From Marsupella aquatica (taxonomy: Eukaryota > Plantae > Marchantiophyta), in assembly GCA_973895155.1 (NCBI GenBank), contig OZ316897.1:14879375-14943374 (forward strand): a stretch of 64,000 bases of DNA. The letters are read 5' to 3'. Below, in pieces: positions 49,401 through 62,900 of the stretch (positions are counted from its first letter, which is position 1; every line of letters begins with the position of its first letter). Position numbers and translations under genes: made by a program. A model generated the notes under the pieces. It made no database searches, was not told the DNA's origin, and saw only the letters and a program-made list of their open reading frames with translations.

Positions 49401-50140
49401 CTGAAGCTCTCAGTGAAGGAAGCGGAGAGAACTCTGGGTATATTGACCATAGCAAGAGTCTGTGGGGACAGCTTGTGGGGTTGCTTGCCGTGTTGAGATC
49501 GGGAGCGAGGTTGTGTAAGTGCTTCCTAGTGGGGAAGCAAGGGAGTGATAACCACCCTTCAAGGTTATCTTTCCAACGGTGGAAATAAAACTACCTAGTT
49601 GGGTGTGTGAGTGGAGAAGAAGGGAGTCAGTCTAAGAGAAATAGACTTGCTGTCCTACTATTCGCCCGTCCTAGGAACCCGGACAACGATAAGAAGGGGC
49701 ATAAGTGGTGAATTTAACTCTAAGGGAGAGTTAAGCCCCATTGCAAGGTGTTGACACCGACCCTTGTAGATGTGTGTACCAAAATGCCTTGACTTGTAAC
49801 CTTCCCAGATAACCTTATTAATTTTGATTTTGAAGTTACAACTAGGGTCAAGCAGTACACTAACCCTTGTAAATGTGTGCACCATGTAGTGTCTTAACTT
49901 GAAGTTACCATATATTGATTTTATAAGTTACAATTGGGGTCAAATAGTACACCGACCCTTGCAGATGTGTGTACGAGGATGCCTTAACTTGTAACTTTAT
50001 ATTGATTTTGAGGGTACAACTGGGGTCAAACAATACACCGGCCCTTGCGGATGTGTGTAACAGAATGCCTTAACTTGTAACCTTATATTGATTTTGAAGT
50101 TATAATTGGGGTCAAACATTACACCAACCTTTGCATATGT
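46445..50140. repeat. ~87-bp tandem array (46445-46568 and 49757-50140) interrupted by the solo LTR
   Basis: Unit CCGACCCTTG.AGATGTGTGTAC...ATGCCTTAACTTGTAAC..TATATTGATTTTGAAGTTACAA.TGGGGTCAAA.A.TACA on both sides of the LTR. Confidence 0.8.
46569..49756. mobile_element. Solo LTR (~3.2 kb), probably from a long-LTR Ty3/Gypsy element
   Basis: Termini TGTC...GACA; 5-bp TSD CCGAC at 46564-46568 and 49757-49761; splits one unit of the flanking ~87-bp array; no gag/pol ORF inside. Confidence 0.85.
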
Positions 50141-53100
50141 GCGTATTATAGTTTATTGTCTTAACTCGAATAATATGATATGCACCTTATAATTATAATA
50201 CCTGATTGATAGTAAACTTAAGTGAATAACTTTAGGTACAAAGAGCTAACTTCTCCATTTTTAGAATCCAACAAAGGACAAATTTCACTTTCTGAATATG
50301 TAATGAGCTAAGATAATCATAAAAATATGAAACACAATTACAAAAGACTCATCTACCTACCAAGAGCATTGCTTTTTACAAAGAAATTGCAAATTATGAA
50401 TACTTATAGTTTTGTTAAGTTTGCATAAATCTATTGTGTTGATTCAAATAGAAGCTCTAATGTTGTGGTAAATAATTAATATACTTATATTTGCACATCC
50501 ATATATGATAATGCTATAAATTTTTAGCTTTTCTGATAATTTATTTGAAAATAAACACTATTATGATAAATATAACATTTGTGAAAATTAGATTTTAAAT
50601 TATAGATAGTCCATGCTTGATTTAGCTTTATGAGTGAACAACTTTAGCAATCACACTTATTCAATGGGGAAAACAGAGAGAAACAAACCTCTATTTCAAG
50701 CTTAGATGATAACTTGGGGTTGTTTCTTAGTGATGCCAAAATTTGTCTACAAACTCACACAAAATTGCTCATGTCAATTGAATGGACAAAATACCAAGTC
50801 ACTTCACAAATAACAAATAAACACAAATTCTAGTCATAAAAAATATGCACTGATATAAACATTTACCTTGATGGTAGTCACCATGAGAAATCTTTAAAAA
50901 AATCTTGGATGCCACTTGAGTGTAGCTCCCCCAGGCCTCATTCAAACATATTCCTTGAATGCACACCAAAAAAGTCATAAACATAATCTCAAACTCACTT
51001 ACACATTCAAGAATAACCAACTATTCTCAAAACATTAAATTATTCTATTATTATAAAATCTCTACAAAAATGAGGCTATGATTTTCTATTGATTAATAAA
51101 ACATACATTTAAAAAACAGAAATGAAATCAGTATGTTTCTCCTCTCACGAAGGTGGCTGTATATAAAGTTACTCTCTTCCCAACATGATCATATGATTCT
51201 ACACTTATGGGTTTTTTCTTTGTTTCCATTTGCCAGCCATTAAAATTGATGAGAATTTTGTTTTTGTCATTACTAAACAAATCATGATGAATAAAGTACA
51301 TTTTCCAAACAAAAAGTATACTTGTCTCCCCATAAAACAATTAAAAAACCAATGCTATGAATAGTTTTTGAGTTTATGAATTTGTTTTCTAGTGATGTCA
51401 ACTTTTATTATGGAAACTTCAAATACTTTTAAAAACATCTCATAATTTTATAGACAAGTCCAATGCGTAGTTATCCATTGCACAAAAATGTTGCGAGACA
51501 ATGAAGTGCAGGTGATTGCCTAGCTCCTTGCTTCCAAGATAGTTTGTTGCTCACCCTTGTGATGAATAATTTGTCACTCGAACAAGCGAGGTGATGGCTA
51601 TAGTGAGGAGTTGCAATGTGAATTACACAGAGAGGTGAAAAGAACTTGAGAAAGGTGGAGACAAACAAATGATGACAATATTATGTACCACGCTAAAAGC
51701 TCCTTCCAAATTCTTGGCAGTGTATTTGTGCACATCATAGAGTTTTGGCAAACTTGATGACTAGGAAAGACCAGGAAAGAGAGCTAGTAAAACAAACAAA
51801 TACAATATTACCAATGTGTAAAAAAAATTGAACTGGACCCACATACTAGTTGCTTATGAAGAAGGTCTTCATAATGTTTTAGCAACCTTGAGTGTTCAAG
51901 AGACTGCCAATCTTGTAGCAAATTCCAACCCAAAACCTGTGTAGATGATCATCTAAGCAGCTCATTTCTCTCAAACTATTCCTACTTGGAATATCAACTA
52001 CAAAAAACTGTAGGCATATGAACCACATACAATGCAAAATATGTATTTATTTATATTTATATTTGTCAAATCTTCATGAAAATAAAAGGTAGACCAGGGA
52101 GTTTGTTGTGAAACCTGGATGGACTTTTGCAGAACACTAAATGGACTCCGGTAGCACCTTCAACAGTTCTGACTAAAATATGACCTGTAAATGGGCTCAT
52201 GACTCTTTGTAGCCGGTTTCAATTAGTTTGCCAGATGGTAAGTTGTTGCTAATGCCCAATCTACGGGCATCCTTCACAAAAGTAAACTCTCTTTCCCAAA
52301 AGTGATAATTTGGCGCTCCTACCCAAACTACTCAAGGCAGAAGTGAAGGTTCTCCTGGCAAGTTGGTTTATAATATATGACAATTTTGCACTTGTCAAAA
52401 ATGGAGCAACTGATCTCAAAAACAACTCAAATTTGTGAAGTAATAGATTGGATATCATAGAACATCCTAGAAAATTTTGAGATTAAATAGAGATTCAAAA
52501 GTTGTCCAAATAAATGGGCCAGTCTGACAAAAACAAGTTTGAAAAAAACTAGCACTTCATAGTGGGTCAGGAGACCTGTAGACTTCTTAAAAGTGAAGCA
52601 TCCTTCCAAAAAGAGTTTTCTTTTCAATGTAAATTGGCTGCTGACTTTACACAGTCCATGACTGGTGGGGATGGACAGAACAAACCCCTCGGTCCATCCA
52701 ACTTTCTATTAAATTTCTATAAAGAGGGATGAAAAAACTCAAGTGCTTAAAATTATGAATATTCTTCACTGTATGTCTTTTATAAAGTAAAATACGTCCC
52801 AAAATATGTATAGTAAAATTCATGATATGAATATTTATTGAATGCTCGGGATTGTGCAGTAAGTGGTGTCCAGAACAATACACCAAATTCATCTCAACCC
52901 TCCAGACTGTAATTTTTCTCTAATCTGCTAACACAAGGCAACAAAGTGGAAATATTGCATTTGTTATATGTCAGAGACAGTTATAGCAACAATTTCAAAC
53001 ACGATTTTGAGAGAATAATTACAAAGCTCCCAGTTATAGTGTAGCTTTCTAATCATGTTTCATGTTGTTTGGCAATGCTGATAAATATGGGTCAAAGAAA

Positions 53101-54189
53101 GTTACAAAAACCCAAAGTGAACATTGGAAAGCAGTGGAGCCAAAGAAAGTTAGCTACCAAAATGGAAGACATCATACAGGACATCAAACAGCAGCGCAGC
53201 CCTGGTAAGCTCCCATAAGTCCGACATAATCCTACTAGTTTTGTTTTTTACCCTGTTTTGTATTATAAGCCAATTCTCAACATGTCACATGTGTAAGAAA
53301 TATTAAGCCCCTGGCTATGGACCAAGGAGTCTGCTCTGCAAATCCCCATGAATTGCAGAAAGGGAACAGTCAGTTTACACCAAAAATAAGAAGTAATCGA
53401 CTGCTTTTGGGATGAAGCTTCACTTTTGTAAATGATGCCCCACTTAGTTTTCCAGGCACCTCGATTCACTGTAAACAGTTACTAGTTTTTGACAAACTTG
53501 TGTATCTATATGAACACCTTGTGTATATTGTTTCAATTTCAAATGTAACCATCTGTTTGCTGATGTCCAGTCTCTTACCTCAAACAGCTTGAGATTTTTT
53601 TGAAATCATTTGTTTCTTTTCTGACAAGCACAAATATGGTCAAATATTGTAAACCAAATGCCAACGAGTGTTTCACTTTTGTGAAGAACCCCAAAACACT
53701 TTGGCCACGGACTACAAATTACTACTTTTGGGAATGATACTTAGGGTAGTTTGGGCATGAGCAAAAACTTACCATCCTTGGAAGGGCATTTCACTTTTGT
53801 GAAGGACAACCTGAGAATTTTGGCGTGAGCAACGACTTACCATTGGTAAACTAATTGTAATAATTGGTTCCAAGTGTTCAACAGGGCATTTGTAGGTCAA
53901 ATTTCAGTCTAAACTCACTGTAAGAGGTGTTGTCTGTCTTTTAGATGTTTTATGCCTGTCCACCCAAAATTTGGAAATCTGTCCAGGCTTCAAGCAAATC
54001 CGGGTCCATTCCTGCCTTTTTCTGTGTAAGACTAATTTATGGCTTTACAAATAAAAAACAAGGGTGTCACAAATTATTTCATTGAGCCTAAAGTATTGGA
54101 CACGACTCATAAAAGCTTGGGGACTTCATTTAATAAATGTTTTTTTGTGATAATTCAAACATCTCCAGTTCAAAGCTCTTGTGCGGTTC

Positions 54190-54400
54190 ATTATGTCGAG
54201 CGGTGGCTTATCCCCCCGGTCTCTGTTATCACGGCCTTTTTTAGACAGCGGGTGTCTATTGCGCTCCAACGGGCACAGGCCTTCACTATCCTTCGTAGAG
54301 GAGAGGCGGTTGGAGTCCGGGCATCTAGTCGGCTAACTAGATGACCCTCCTATGCAGTTCACGACTGAGCTATTATCAGTGACGGATAACAGCTAGGTGC
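54190..54400 (+). mobile_element. 3'-terminal fragment of a CRE-like (RLE-type) non-LTR retrotransposon
   Basis: Translation FFRQRVSIALQRAQAFTILRR matches the C-terminal 'F.QR.S.A.QR..A..IL' motif that ends the ORF of CRE-type elements. Confidence 0.55.
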
Positions 54401-54852
54401 AACCTTTCAATCGTGCGTCAAATGTATATAGCACTGTCAAAAGTTAAAAAAGGTACTAACACACAAAATATGAAGTGGCTGCCATTGGAAACTTTCAATC
54501 ACAAAAGACTCTAGGCATGCCAAAAACAAAAGGGGGAAGCCAAAACAAACTTAAGGTCAAGGGGGCTTAAGTTTAAAAACCATGACCTGCTCATTTTTCT
54601 TCTTTATCTCACTCTTTCGGATTCCCAGATCTCGTGCATTGCACCTGGCCCCCATCTCCTCCTAACCATGAACCTAGTCATTTCAGGTGAGACCAGCCTA
54701 CTGCCCAGAAAGATGAACTCCCTCAAACCTCCAATCACCATGCCTTGACCTTAATTTCATGAGCTTTTGTGCATTCGCCACTCTCAACACTACACTCCCC
54801 TTTTGAGAAATTTCCCAGATCTGTGGAACTGATCGTGGCCGCAGATCTAGCA

Positions 54853-55155
54853 GGGGGACTCAAATATAGGTCGTGGCTTCTTTCCCGGCAGTCCGAGTTA
54901 GGTTCGGGCGGACGTGGCCGTAAAGGTGTGTGGCAGCCCCCAGGGCAGGTCTGCACACTCTCACCGCGGGGTTTTTAGATGGACACACATGCCACTGTGT
55001 GGTTTTTCGATGGGAGAGCAGAGCACTGGTATCCCCGTGCGTCAAAAAATTAAAACCGAAAAAAATTCAGGCCCGTGAAATGAGCCCATGGTCACCCTTA
55101 CGGACATGAGGGTCATTCGGGGGCAGGATGACCCAGCCCTAATTTTGAGACCCCC
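54853..55155 (+). mobile_element. MITE copy 1 (303 bp)
   Basis: TIRs GGGGGACTCAAA / TTTGAGACCCCC; homologous along its length to 55721-56145 in inverted orientation. Confidence 0.8.
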
Positions 55156-55720
55156 TAATGTGAGGCGTGAAGAAATTCCTTACGCAGTTGCTAGTTTAAC
55201 CGTTGCAGCTTTTGAAACGCAAACTGCGCAGTGCCATGGGTGCAGTAGTAGATGGCAAATCATGGCAAAAGTACGCCATCTCGCCGCAAACCCTCGTCTC
55301 CATTCAGCGGCCCGATTCGGTTGATAGGTGCGCCGAACCCAGACACGAGCCTGATAGCTGCGGCCCCGTGCCGCCCTGCTCTCCCCGACACTTCGCCACC
55401 AGCCGGTGGCCAGACTGGCAGTGCAGCTCGTGTTGCCGGTCACCCTTCACAGGGAAACAGGCCAGCACGGGAGCACAACACAAGGGCACAGGCATGACTG
55501 TGTGTACCACGAGTCGGTCGGTACCACCAGACGTCAACCCGAACCAACAGCGTGCATACCGTAGAGTATCATATCGTATCGTACGTATTGTCCCATATAC
55601 CGCATCCAGTCCGTCGAATAGAAAGATAAACTACGCGCTATTTCACAAAGAAGTTTAGGGTTCAAGTTTAGGATTGGTTTCGAACGAGTGGAGTCGGGGA
55701 TGGTTACGTTTGTACCATTA

Positions 55721-56145
55721 GGGGGTCTCAAAATTAGGGCCGGGTCATCCTGTCGCGGAATGACTCTCATGTCCGTAAGGGTGACCGCAGGCTCATTTCA
55801 CGGGCTTGAATTTTTTGGGGTTTTAACTTTTGGACGCACCGGGATACCAGTGCTGCGGAAATAGAGAACTGATGCAGGCAAAGAAGAGTGTCACTCTCCC
55901 GTCGGAAAATCACGGGGTGGCATGTGTGTTCGTCACCCAGCTGGCGCACGCATCGATGACCCGACAAATTTTCAAACATGTCACCCTAAACCCTGGGGTG
56001 ACTGCTTAGGCCGGGAGACACTCAAACCCCGCGGCAACAGTGTGCAGACCTGCTCTCGGGGCTGCCGCACACCTTTACAGTCACGTCCACCCGAACCTAA
56101 CTCGGATGGCCGGGAAACAAGCCACGGCCTATATTTGAGTCCCCC
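55721..56145 (-). mobile_element. MITE copy 2 (425 bp), TA-flanked
   Basis: TA|GGGGGTCTCAAA...TTTGAGTCCCCC|TA; inverted homologue of 54853-55155 with extra internal sequence. Confidence 0.8.
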
Positions 56146-57838
56146 TAATTTTATTGACGCGAAGCCCTGACGGCCGTTACCCTCCGTCGTTTGCTCCCGG
56201 TCCCTGCGGGCTGGACTGGCGGTCGTCTAGCACGAAACCGGACTTGGACAATCAGTACGTACTACGTAGTCAGACACGCTGTAAGATCCAACGGTTGAAA
56301 CGTTGAAACGTGTTCGTAGAGGAGACTCTGACCTTAGATTGATGGGCTGCGAGTTTGGGATGGATTGCCTGTTTTTTTGTCGGGCCCGCAGATCGTGTAG
56401 TTAAAGCTAGCCAGTTCAACAGCAAGTCTTCAGGGCATGTTTGCCGGCCCGTAGCCGCAAATGTCTTGTACGGTACGGCATAGTTTAGTAAAATTATTTT
56501 TCCTAGTTTTTACCATATAGCATGTTCATCCACAAACATGTTTGCTTATTTGTCTTGTAGTGATTCTACTTTAAACTAGAGGTAGAATATTTTCTCACTT
56601 TGAAAGAGACACTTACATTAACTATTGTACACAGTATAACTACAGTATCATACTATGGGTACAATGTTAGTTGAAAGAGAAATAAGTGAGATTTTTAACC
56701 TTTAATTTTGAGCTCTAGTTTTAGGAACTCTTATTCAGGTGACACTTATTTATGTATAAACCATAAATATTGTAAAGACTAATTGAGCAGAGCAAACTGG
56801 AGTCTTATAAAGATCAACATTTACTCTAAAATACCTGATTGGAACTAAGGTATTTAAAAAATTAACGGGGTTGGAAGAAATTACTAAATTTGGAATACTA
56901 CTAAACAAAAGACTAGGTTAAATGCATATAAAAATACATGACAAGTAACATGAATAAGACAAGACAACCAAAAGGTGCAGCGTCAAGAAATCTGAGTAAA
57001 ACCATTATAGTAAAACAGTTTTTCCTAGTTTCTACCATAAGATTTGGAATGTCCAATGAATCATCTTTGGTAACATTTATTTTATTCAATTTCTCCAAAA
57101 ACCCTACAGAGAAATGCATGCTCCAAAGCAGAAGTCTATCCTATGTTAATTGACCTGCTTTGAATTTTCAAGGCAATTTAAATGTTTTTTAAGTCCTTAA
57201 TTGACCATCCACAGAGATTTGACACCATTTACCCCTGTGGGTGTCCTTTGTTGTGATATGTGTTTAGTGCCTTACTCAACGTAGAGTCACACGGTAGCTT
57301 TTTTGAATGGCAAAAATTAAGTAGATTACACCTCTCCAAAAACATTTGGCCGCCTTTGGATAAAATGAGCTAGGTTTTCTCTCCCATTAACTAGCTAGAT
57401 CTCAGAATCAAAAAGTAATTGAGATGAATGAAAATACCCAGTCTCTTCGCCTTCACACAAGCTGACATTCGCCATAGGGGTAAATAAAGAAAACCCTTTA
57501 ATGATTAAGCTGTAATAATAAAGTACTAAACATAGCAAAACAATGGGGTCTCGATAATGCACATCAGAATATGATATATAGGATGTACAACACCCCTGCA
57601 GACACAATGATAATCCTAGTTTTTTCCTTTCAATCAGGCCCTTCATTTTGCCGTTGGGTAGTCTTTAGGTTTGTGTGTCCTTTGTTCTCCTTGAGCTGGG
57701 CTTGTGCCTGGTTTTTTTTGTTTTTGCTCTTTGGCCTTTTTTTTTGTTTTCCCTTGATTGGGTTTTTTGGCCTGTGAGATCCTGTCTCCCGGTTCAGCGC
57801 CTCCTGCTCTTTGGCAGTGTCATATATATTTCAATCAA

Positions 57839-57892
57839 TGAATGAAGCCATATTTTGATGTGTGATTGAATGAAGCCATATTTTGATGTGTG
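57839..57892. repeat. Short tandem duplication (26 bp x2)
   Basis: TGAATGAAGCCATATTTTGATGTGTG occurs twice. Confidence 0.85.
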
Positions 57893-59930
57893 GTTCCCAG
57901 CAGGGAAAACAATGGGCCCAGTTGGCTAATGTGCTTGACTATAAGCAGTGCTCAGTACCGGGATGCGAACAAAGGGCCGAAACAACGCACGGTTTCCCAC
58001 AAACTGGTTTCCCAAACTGTGCGGGCAGGCAGCGTTTATTGGCCACTGCGCTGCAGAGCTACGACAAATGAGACGTGTCGCGGACTCAACCCAATTCGCC
58101 CTACGATGGCCGTAAATCCACGGCGTGAGAGTGAGCGACGAAGTAAACCGAGCAACCACGCAAAGCCCAAAATTGCCGCTAAGCTATTATTTTGTCGTGA
58201 CTATCGAACTGTGGTCCCAACCACAACCCGCGAGTGAAATGTCTCTCTGCGCTTACCACAGTAGGAGAATCTTGACCGTCAACCCGAAGAGTAAACGCTG
58301 CAGATGCAATATTCCCTATGGTTATTGTATTATTTCCCTCACCTGTTTTACTTGTGTTTACTGTGGGGATCTCGTGCTTACTGGACGGATTAGTAACACT
58401 ATTACTATAATTAACGGTTATGTGAAGTCGGTTTAGTCAAAATCCAGTTAATTAGGTGCAAATTAAGGACTGTATTCCTGAGATTAGACGATTGGGAAGA
58501 CGTAAATAAGAAAACGTTACGGACGCTGTTATGGTCTTTCTTTGCTCGCGAGAACATCGATCCGAAGCAGAGAGAGGTTGTCCGTTCGACGAAAATCAAT
58601 CCTTCTCTGCCTGTGTTTGCGCGTCCAATGCTTCAGACGTGAACTCTTCGAAACAATTGTTGAGGTGGACGAGGAGAGAGCAGAGTTTGGGATTCTGTTG
58701 GTTAATTTTCAATTTGGATGCTTGTTCTGGAATTGAGCTCCGTTCATTCCTCCCCCCTCCGCCTCGATCTGTGGAGGCGCGCATGTTGAGAGTTTTGGTG
58801 TTCTAGCTGCGGCTACGACCTGAGCCAATTCTGCCCGGCGTTCAGGACTGACTGGGGAGGGACTTCGGTTTATTCCAGACAGGTAATCAATTCAATTCGG
58901 TGTTCGTCAATTCGGTGGTTTGGCGTTCAGCGTCCTTCTGTATGTTCTGTTCGATTCAATTGCAAAGTTGTGCTGTATAACGAGTGAGGTGAACGTTCAC
59001 GGCCTGGACGTCTCAACTGTGGCAGACTTGTTTCCCTGTGTGAGACGAATTTTTGTACGGTACGGTGGTGAACCGCCTTGGCCGTGCCCCCGGGAGTGGC
59101 ATTCAATCGAGGTTTGCTGAGGATCTGGAAAATTGGTAGCCCTACTTTCCAGGGCGTCGGATGCTGTCACCTTGGAGCACTAGACTTAGAGATCGTCTTG
59201 CGCCTCTAATTCTTCCTGGGTGTCCAGTCGAATGCACCTACAATGAAATTCTTCATCTTGTGAACGATTTTTGAGACTCCCCTGATTTACAAAGACGACG
59301 ACAAGGTCCTCTTTCGTGAGTGAAGTGCTGAAGAGAGTACTAGATGCTGGAATTTTGAAGGGCCTCTTGGCGATATTCTTACGGCCCGTAATTGTCTTCT
59401 GACTGGCCCTTAATCTGACGTCATTGTGCAAGGACATTTAGGGCATTCTTCCTCTCTACTGAGCTACAGCTGCTCTTGCAAGCATTCTGACAACCGTTGC
59501 AGACCAGGGTCCTGATCATTGTCTTACAAGTAGCAAAAGCATATTGACCTGGTAGAGGAATAGCATCAGATTTACTGTGCACCAGATTTTGACTTGCGTC
59601 CTCTGAGTACTTCCGAACCTGATTGTGGTCTTGCGGTTGTCTCCAATATGGTTATGGTTTGGTCTCATGAGTCAATTTCGTTATTCTGAGTGGCAGTTTG
59701 TTTACCTTCGCGCTAATGGGTAATTTCCCTTTTTTTAAGCAAGTGAGGAGATCCAGTGGGGGTAGTGATAATTGTAAACGTGAAGGAGATATTTATACAA
59801 GGGTTCCCCATTGCCTTACCACAACCGCCTGCTCTACTGTCAAATGAACGGAAGCACCGCCATTTGATGGTGAATGCACTTATTTGTCGTTGTAGGCTGA
59901 CTGGCTGACTTTTGACTGCAGAGAAACTAC

Positions 59931-62900
59931 ATGGCTCAAGCGCAGCTGGTACAGTGCATCACGAACGTTGTGCAGCCCTCGGATCTTCTACACAAGGGTG
60001 ACATTGAAAGAAGGCAGCGAACTGGGGAAACATCTTGTTCAACTTCGGTCCTACCCCGCCAAAGTTGTTTCCAGAATTGGGTCGGAGTTTCGACAAGTAG
60101 AGCATCGAAACTATCGACTAAGCAGAGATACTGCCGTGTGATTCGGTGCTCATCGAAAAGCGCTTCAGTATCTGACGCAGAAGATCCGGGCATCGATCTT
60201 CAACCATGGGAGCTGGATGCAGGCCAACAGCCGTTTGTTGGTGGGGTGGAGTTCAAGCTATCAGATTTCGAGTTGTGTTCTCATGTGAGCGTGGGTTTAG
60301 CTGGAAAGGTTAGTCCCAATTCACCCAGTTTACAGGTTTTACTTCATGGTGCTCTCGTTTTATTAACGATGAATCATCATGATTTATGATAATTTCATAG
60401 TAATGAGGTGAGGATTCATCATTATTTAATCATGCTCCAGATATGAGCCCTTGCATTTGTTTCCTGAGATATCCTTTGAAATTCAAATTATACCTTGTGC
60501 TACAGAAATGGGCATGAGTTTCTAGCTAAGACCAGGTCGAGAGGTATTTGATTCCAGAAGCTTGGGAATGGAGGAACTTCCTGAATCTGGACAATTTATC
60601 AACTTAGTTTCCTTCTGCTGGTTTGATTTTTTGTTTTTCACAGTTTGAGCTCATCTTGGTTTTGTCGGGGCAGGGGGATGAGGTGCTGTTTGAAGGAGTG
60701 GTCAGAAATCCTGAAAGGTACCTTCCATTTTCTCTCGTTGGGAATGCACTTGCTAGCAGTTTCCTATCTTTATCGTAGCTGCAATAGTAATTTTAAGTAA
60801 TCGAAACTTAAGGAGCTCAACTCCTTCAGGGACTGCTTCTACAGCATCGAACTTGCCAGCTCAAAGTGAAAGAGATGAAGGATTTGAAATTGACAAGGCT
60901 GTCGCTGCTCACTAACAGTCTCCTCTGAACAGCCCCTTGAAAGGATTGAGGGTCGTGTTACGACAATTGGCGAGTCGTCGAGCTCAACGTTGGGGTCAAA
61001 GAGCCCTCCAGGTAGATGCTGTCTTCCCAGCGTTCCAACTACTGGTCTGAGAATGCTATGATCCACTTCCGCGTTACACGCCACAAATGGCCGCTTTAAA
61101 TGAGTTTTATATGATATGCAGTGAGTTTGGTATGTCAAGTTCTCAGGCTAGTCCTTGAGTGATCGTCAGATAGTTCTAACGTTTACTAGTTGCTCTAATC
61201 TTTAAACAGGTTCTTTCAAGGCTTGTCCGTCGGGAGGACTTGCGCTTGTCTTACGCGACACAAGTTCATGGCTATATTCGTGCTTCAGGGGGTTCTGATC
61301 AAAATACGAATCTCACACTTGTCCACGGGGTAATGTCCTTTTTCATCTGAAGGTTCTATACAATTTCTTCTTGGTTTTGCTCGCCGTATCAGAAAGTCTC
61401 AAGGCAGAGAGCCCGGAGATTGAGGGTAGCTGGAGGAGACGTTGCGTTGGACTCAAGAAGGGAAGCAAGAAGGAATATGAGATGACATAATGAGGTTATG
61501 AATGTGATGGTTGTGGAGGTTATGAGATCAGATCTATTGGACAACTTCATCCATTCAAAAGAGGAATTTACTTAAACAGTTTTTCACTACATTTCGGATG
61601 CAGTATCATGGAAGCTACTCCTTGCATCAGTGGCTGCACTCCGAGGACTGGCTATCCGAATTGGAGACTAGTCTGTCTTTAGATGAAGAAGCCGCGCGGA
61701 GAATCGGTGATGACAGAACTGGCGGTCCAGCAGTTTCACGTCAACTTCGTCTTGTTCGTATTTTGATGCGCGATCTCCTCATTGGAGTATGTACCTTGCC
61801 TTTTCCCGAGGAGTCTTCGGTTCACTTTTGATTCGCCTAATATGAGTCCCGACGAAGAAATCCTCTTTTCGGCAGCCACAAATTATGTAGATTGAGATTT
61901 AGCTGCGTACTGCTCTATCATGTGACCGGATTTTGGATCCTCGATTTTGCTCTGACTTTCTTTTCGTCGCAAAACTTCAGGTCAATTATATGCACAGTCG
62001 GGGATATGCGCACACGCAATTACATTTGAAAAATCTCCAAGTTAGTGAAGCAGACCGGCGTGTCAAGGTGATTGAGCTCATTTGACTCGTTGAAATATCA
62101 GGATTTATCGCTGTCTGGGTTCCTAAAAACCATCGTTGATTTTAAAGTGACCAATGCGTCTTGCGTTGACATCCAGGTGGGCCTTTTAGGAAATGCCGCA
62201 GCTTTTCCCGAGAGTAGAAATGAAGTTGCTTCCAGCCTTGGTGCCAGTGCTTCTAAATTTAGCGATACTCGGCAGCTCATGATTGCCTACGATATCCGGT
62301 TAGTTGTCCCCATGTTGACCCCTTTTCGACAGCCGATTTTCTTCCTCTTAGTCAATGTTCAGCTTGCAGAGTTATCCCCGGAACTACGAAATGTGCTCGT
62401 AGTCAATGTACCCCCAATGATCAGTGAATCTAAGCTGGCTGTGGTTCATGTCACAGCTGTGTCGGTTTCATCATGGCTAAGATTGTCCTGCGGGAGCTTA
62501 TGGATCCATCTAAATTCGCTTATTTCAAATCCTTCCTCACGCAAGTAAGTATATTTTGATGACGACGATGATGCTTGCAGGGTTCTGAGCAAACGATAGA
62601 AATTGTTTTGGTTATATCGCATATGTTCGCTAACAGTGACAATGTGCGCATGTGCAGGGTCATGATCCTGCTGGTCTACGTGATATGTTCATTAGTTTGG
62701 TGAATAAAGGGTCCCCTTCAGGCAACCCTGGGATTCAGGTTAGTAGATGTCGATGTGTAGTCAGCAATCCTTGCGGTAAATTTATTGCGATTCTGGCCAG
62801 AGAAAATCGATGAATTACTTATACTTGCTTCCTTACCAGAGATTGTGTGATACAAACTCAGGTGCTGGACAGAGACGGTGGTGTGGGTTGGAACTTGCTG

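Noticed and set aside
50200-53500. Possible decayed DNA-transposase remnant in an AT-rich tract
   Set aside because: No convincing DDE or hAT dimerisation motif and no termini identified by eye.
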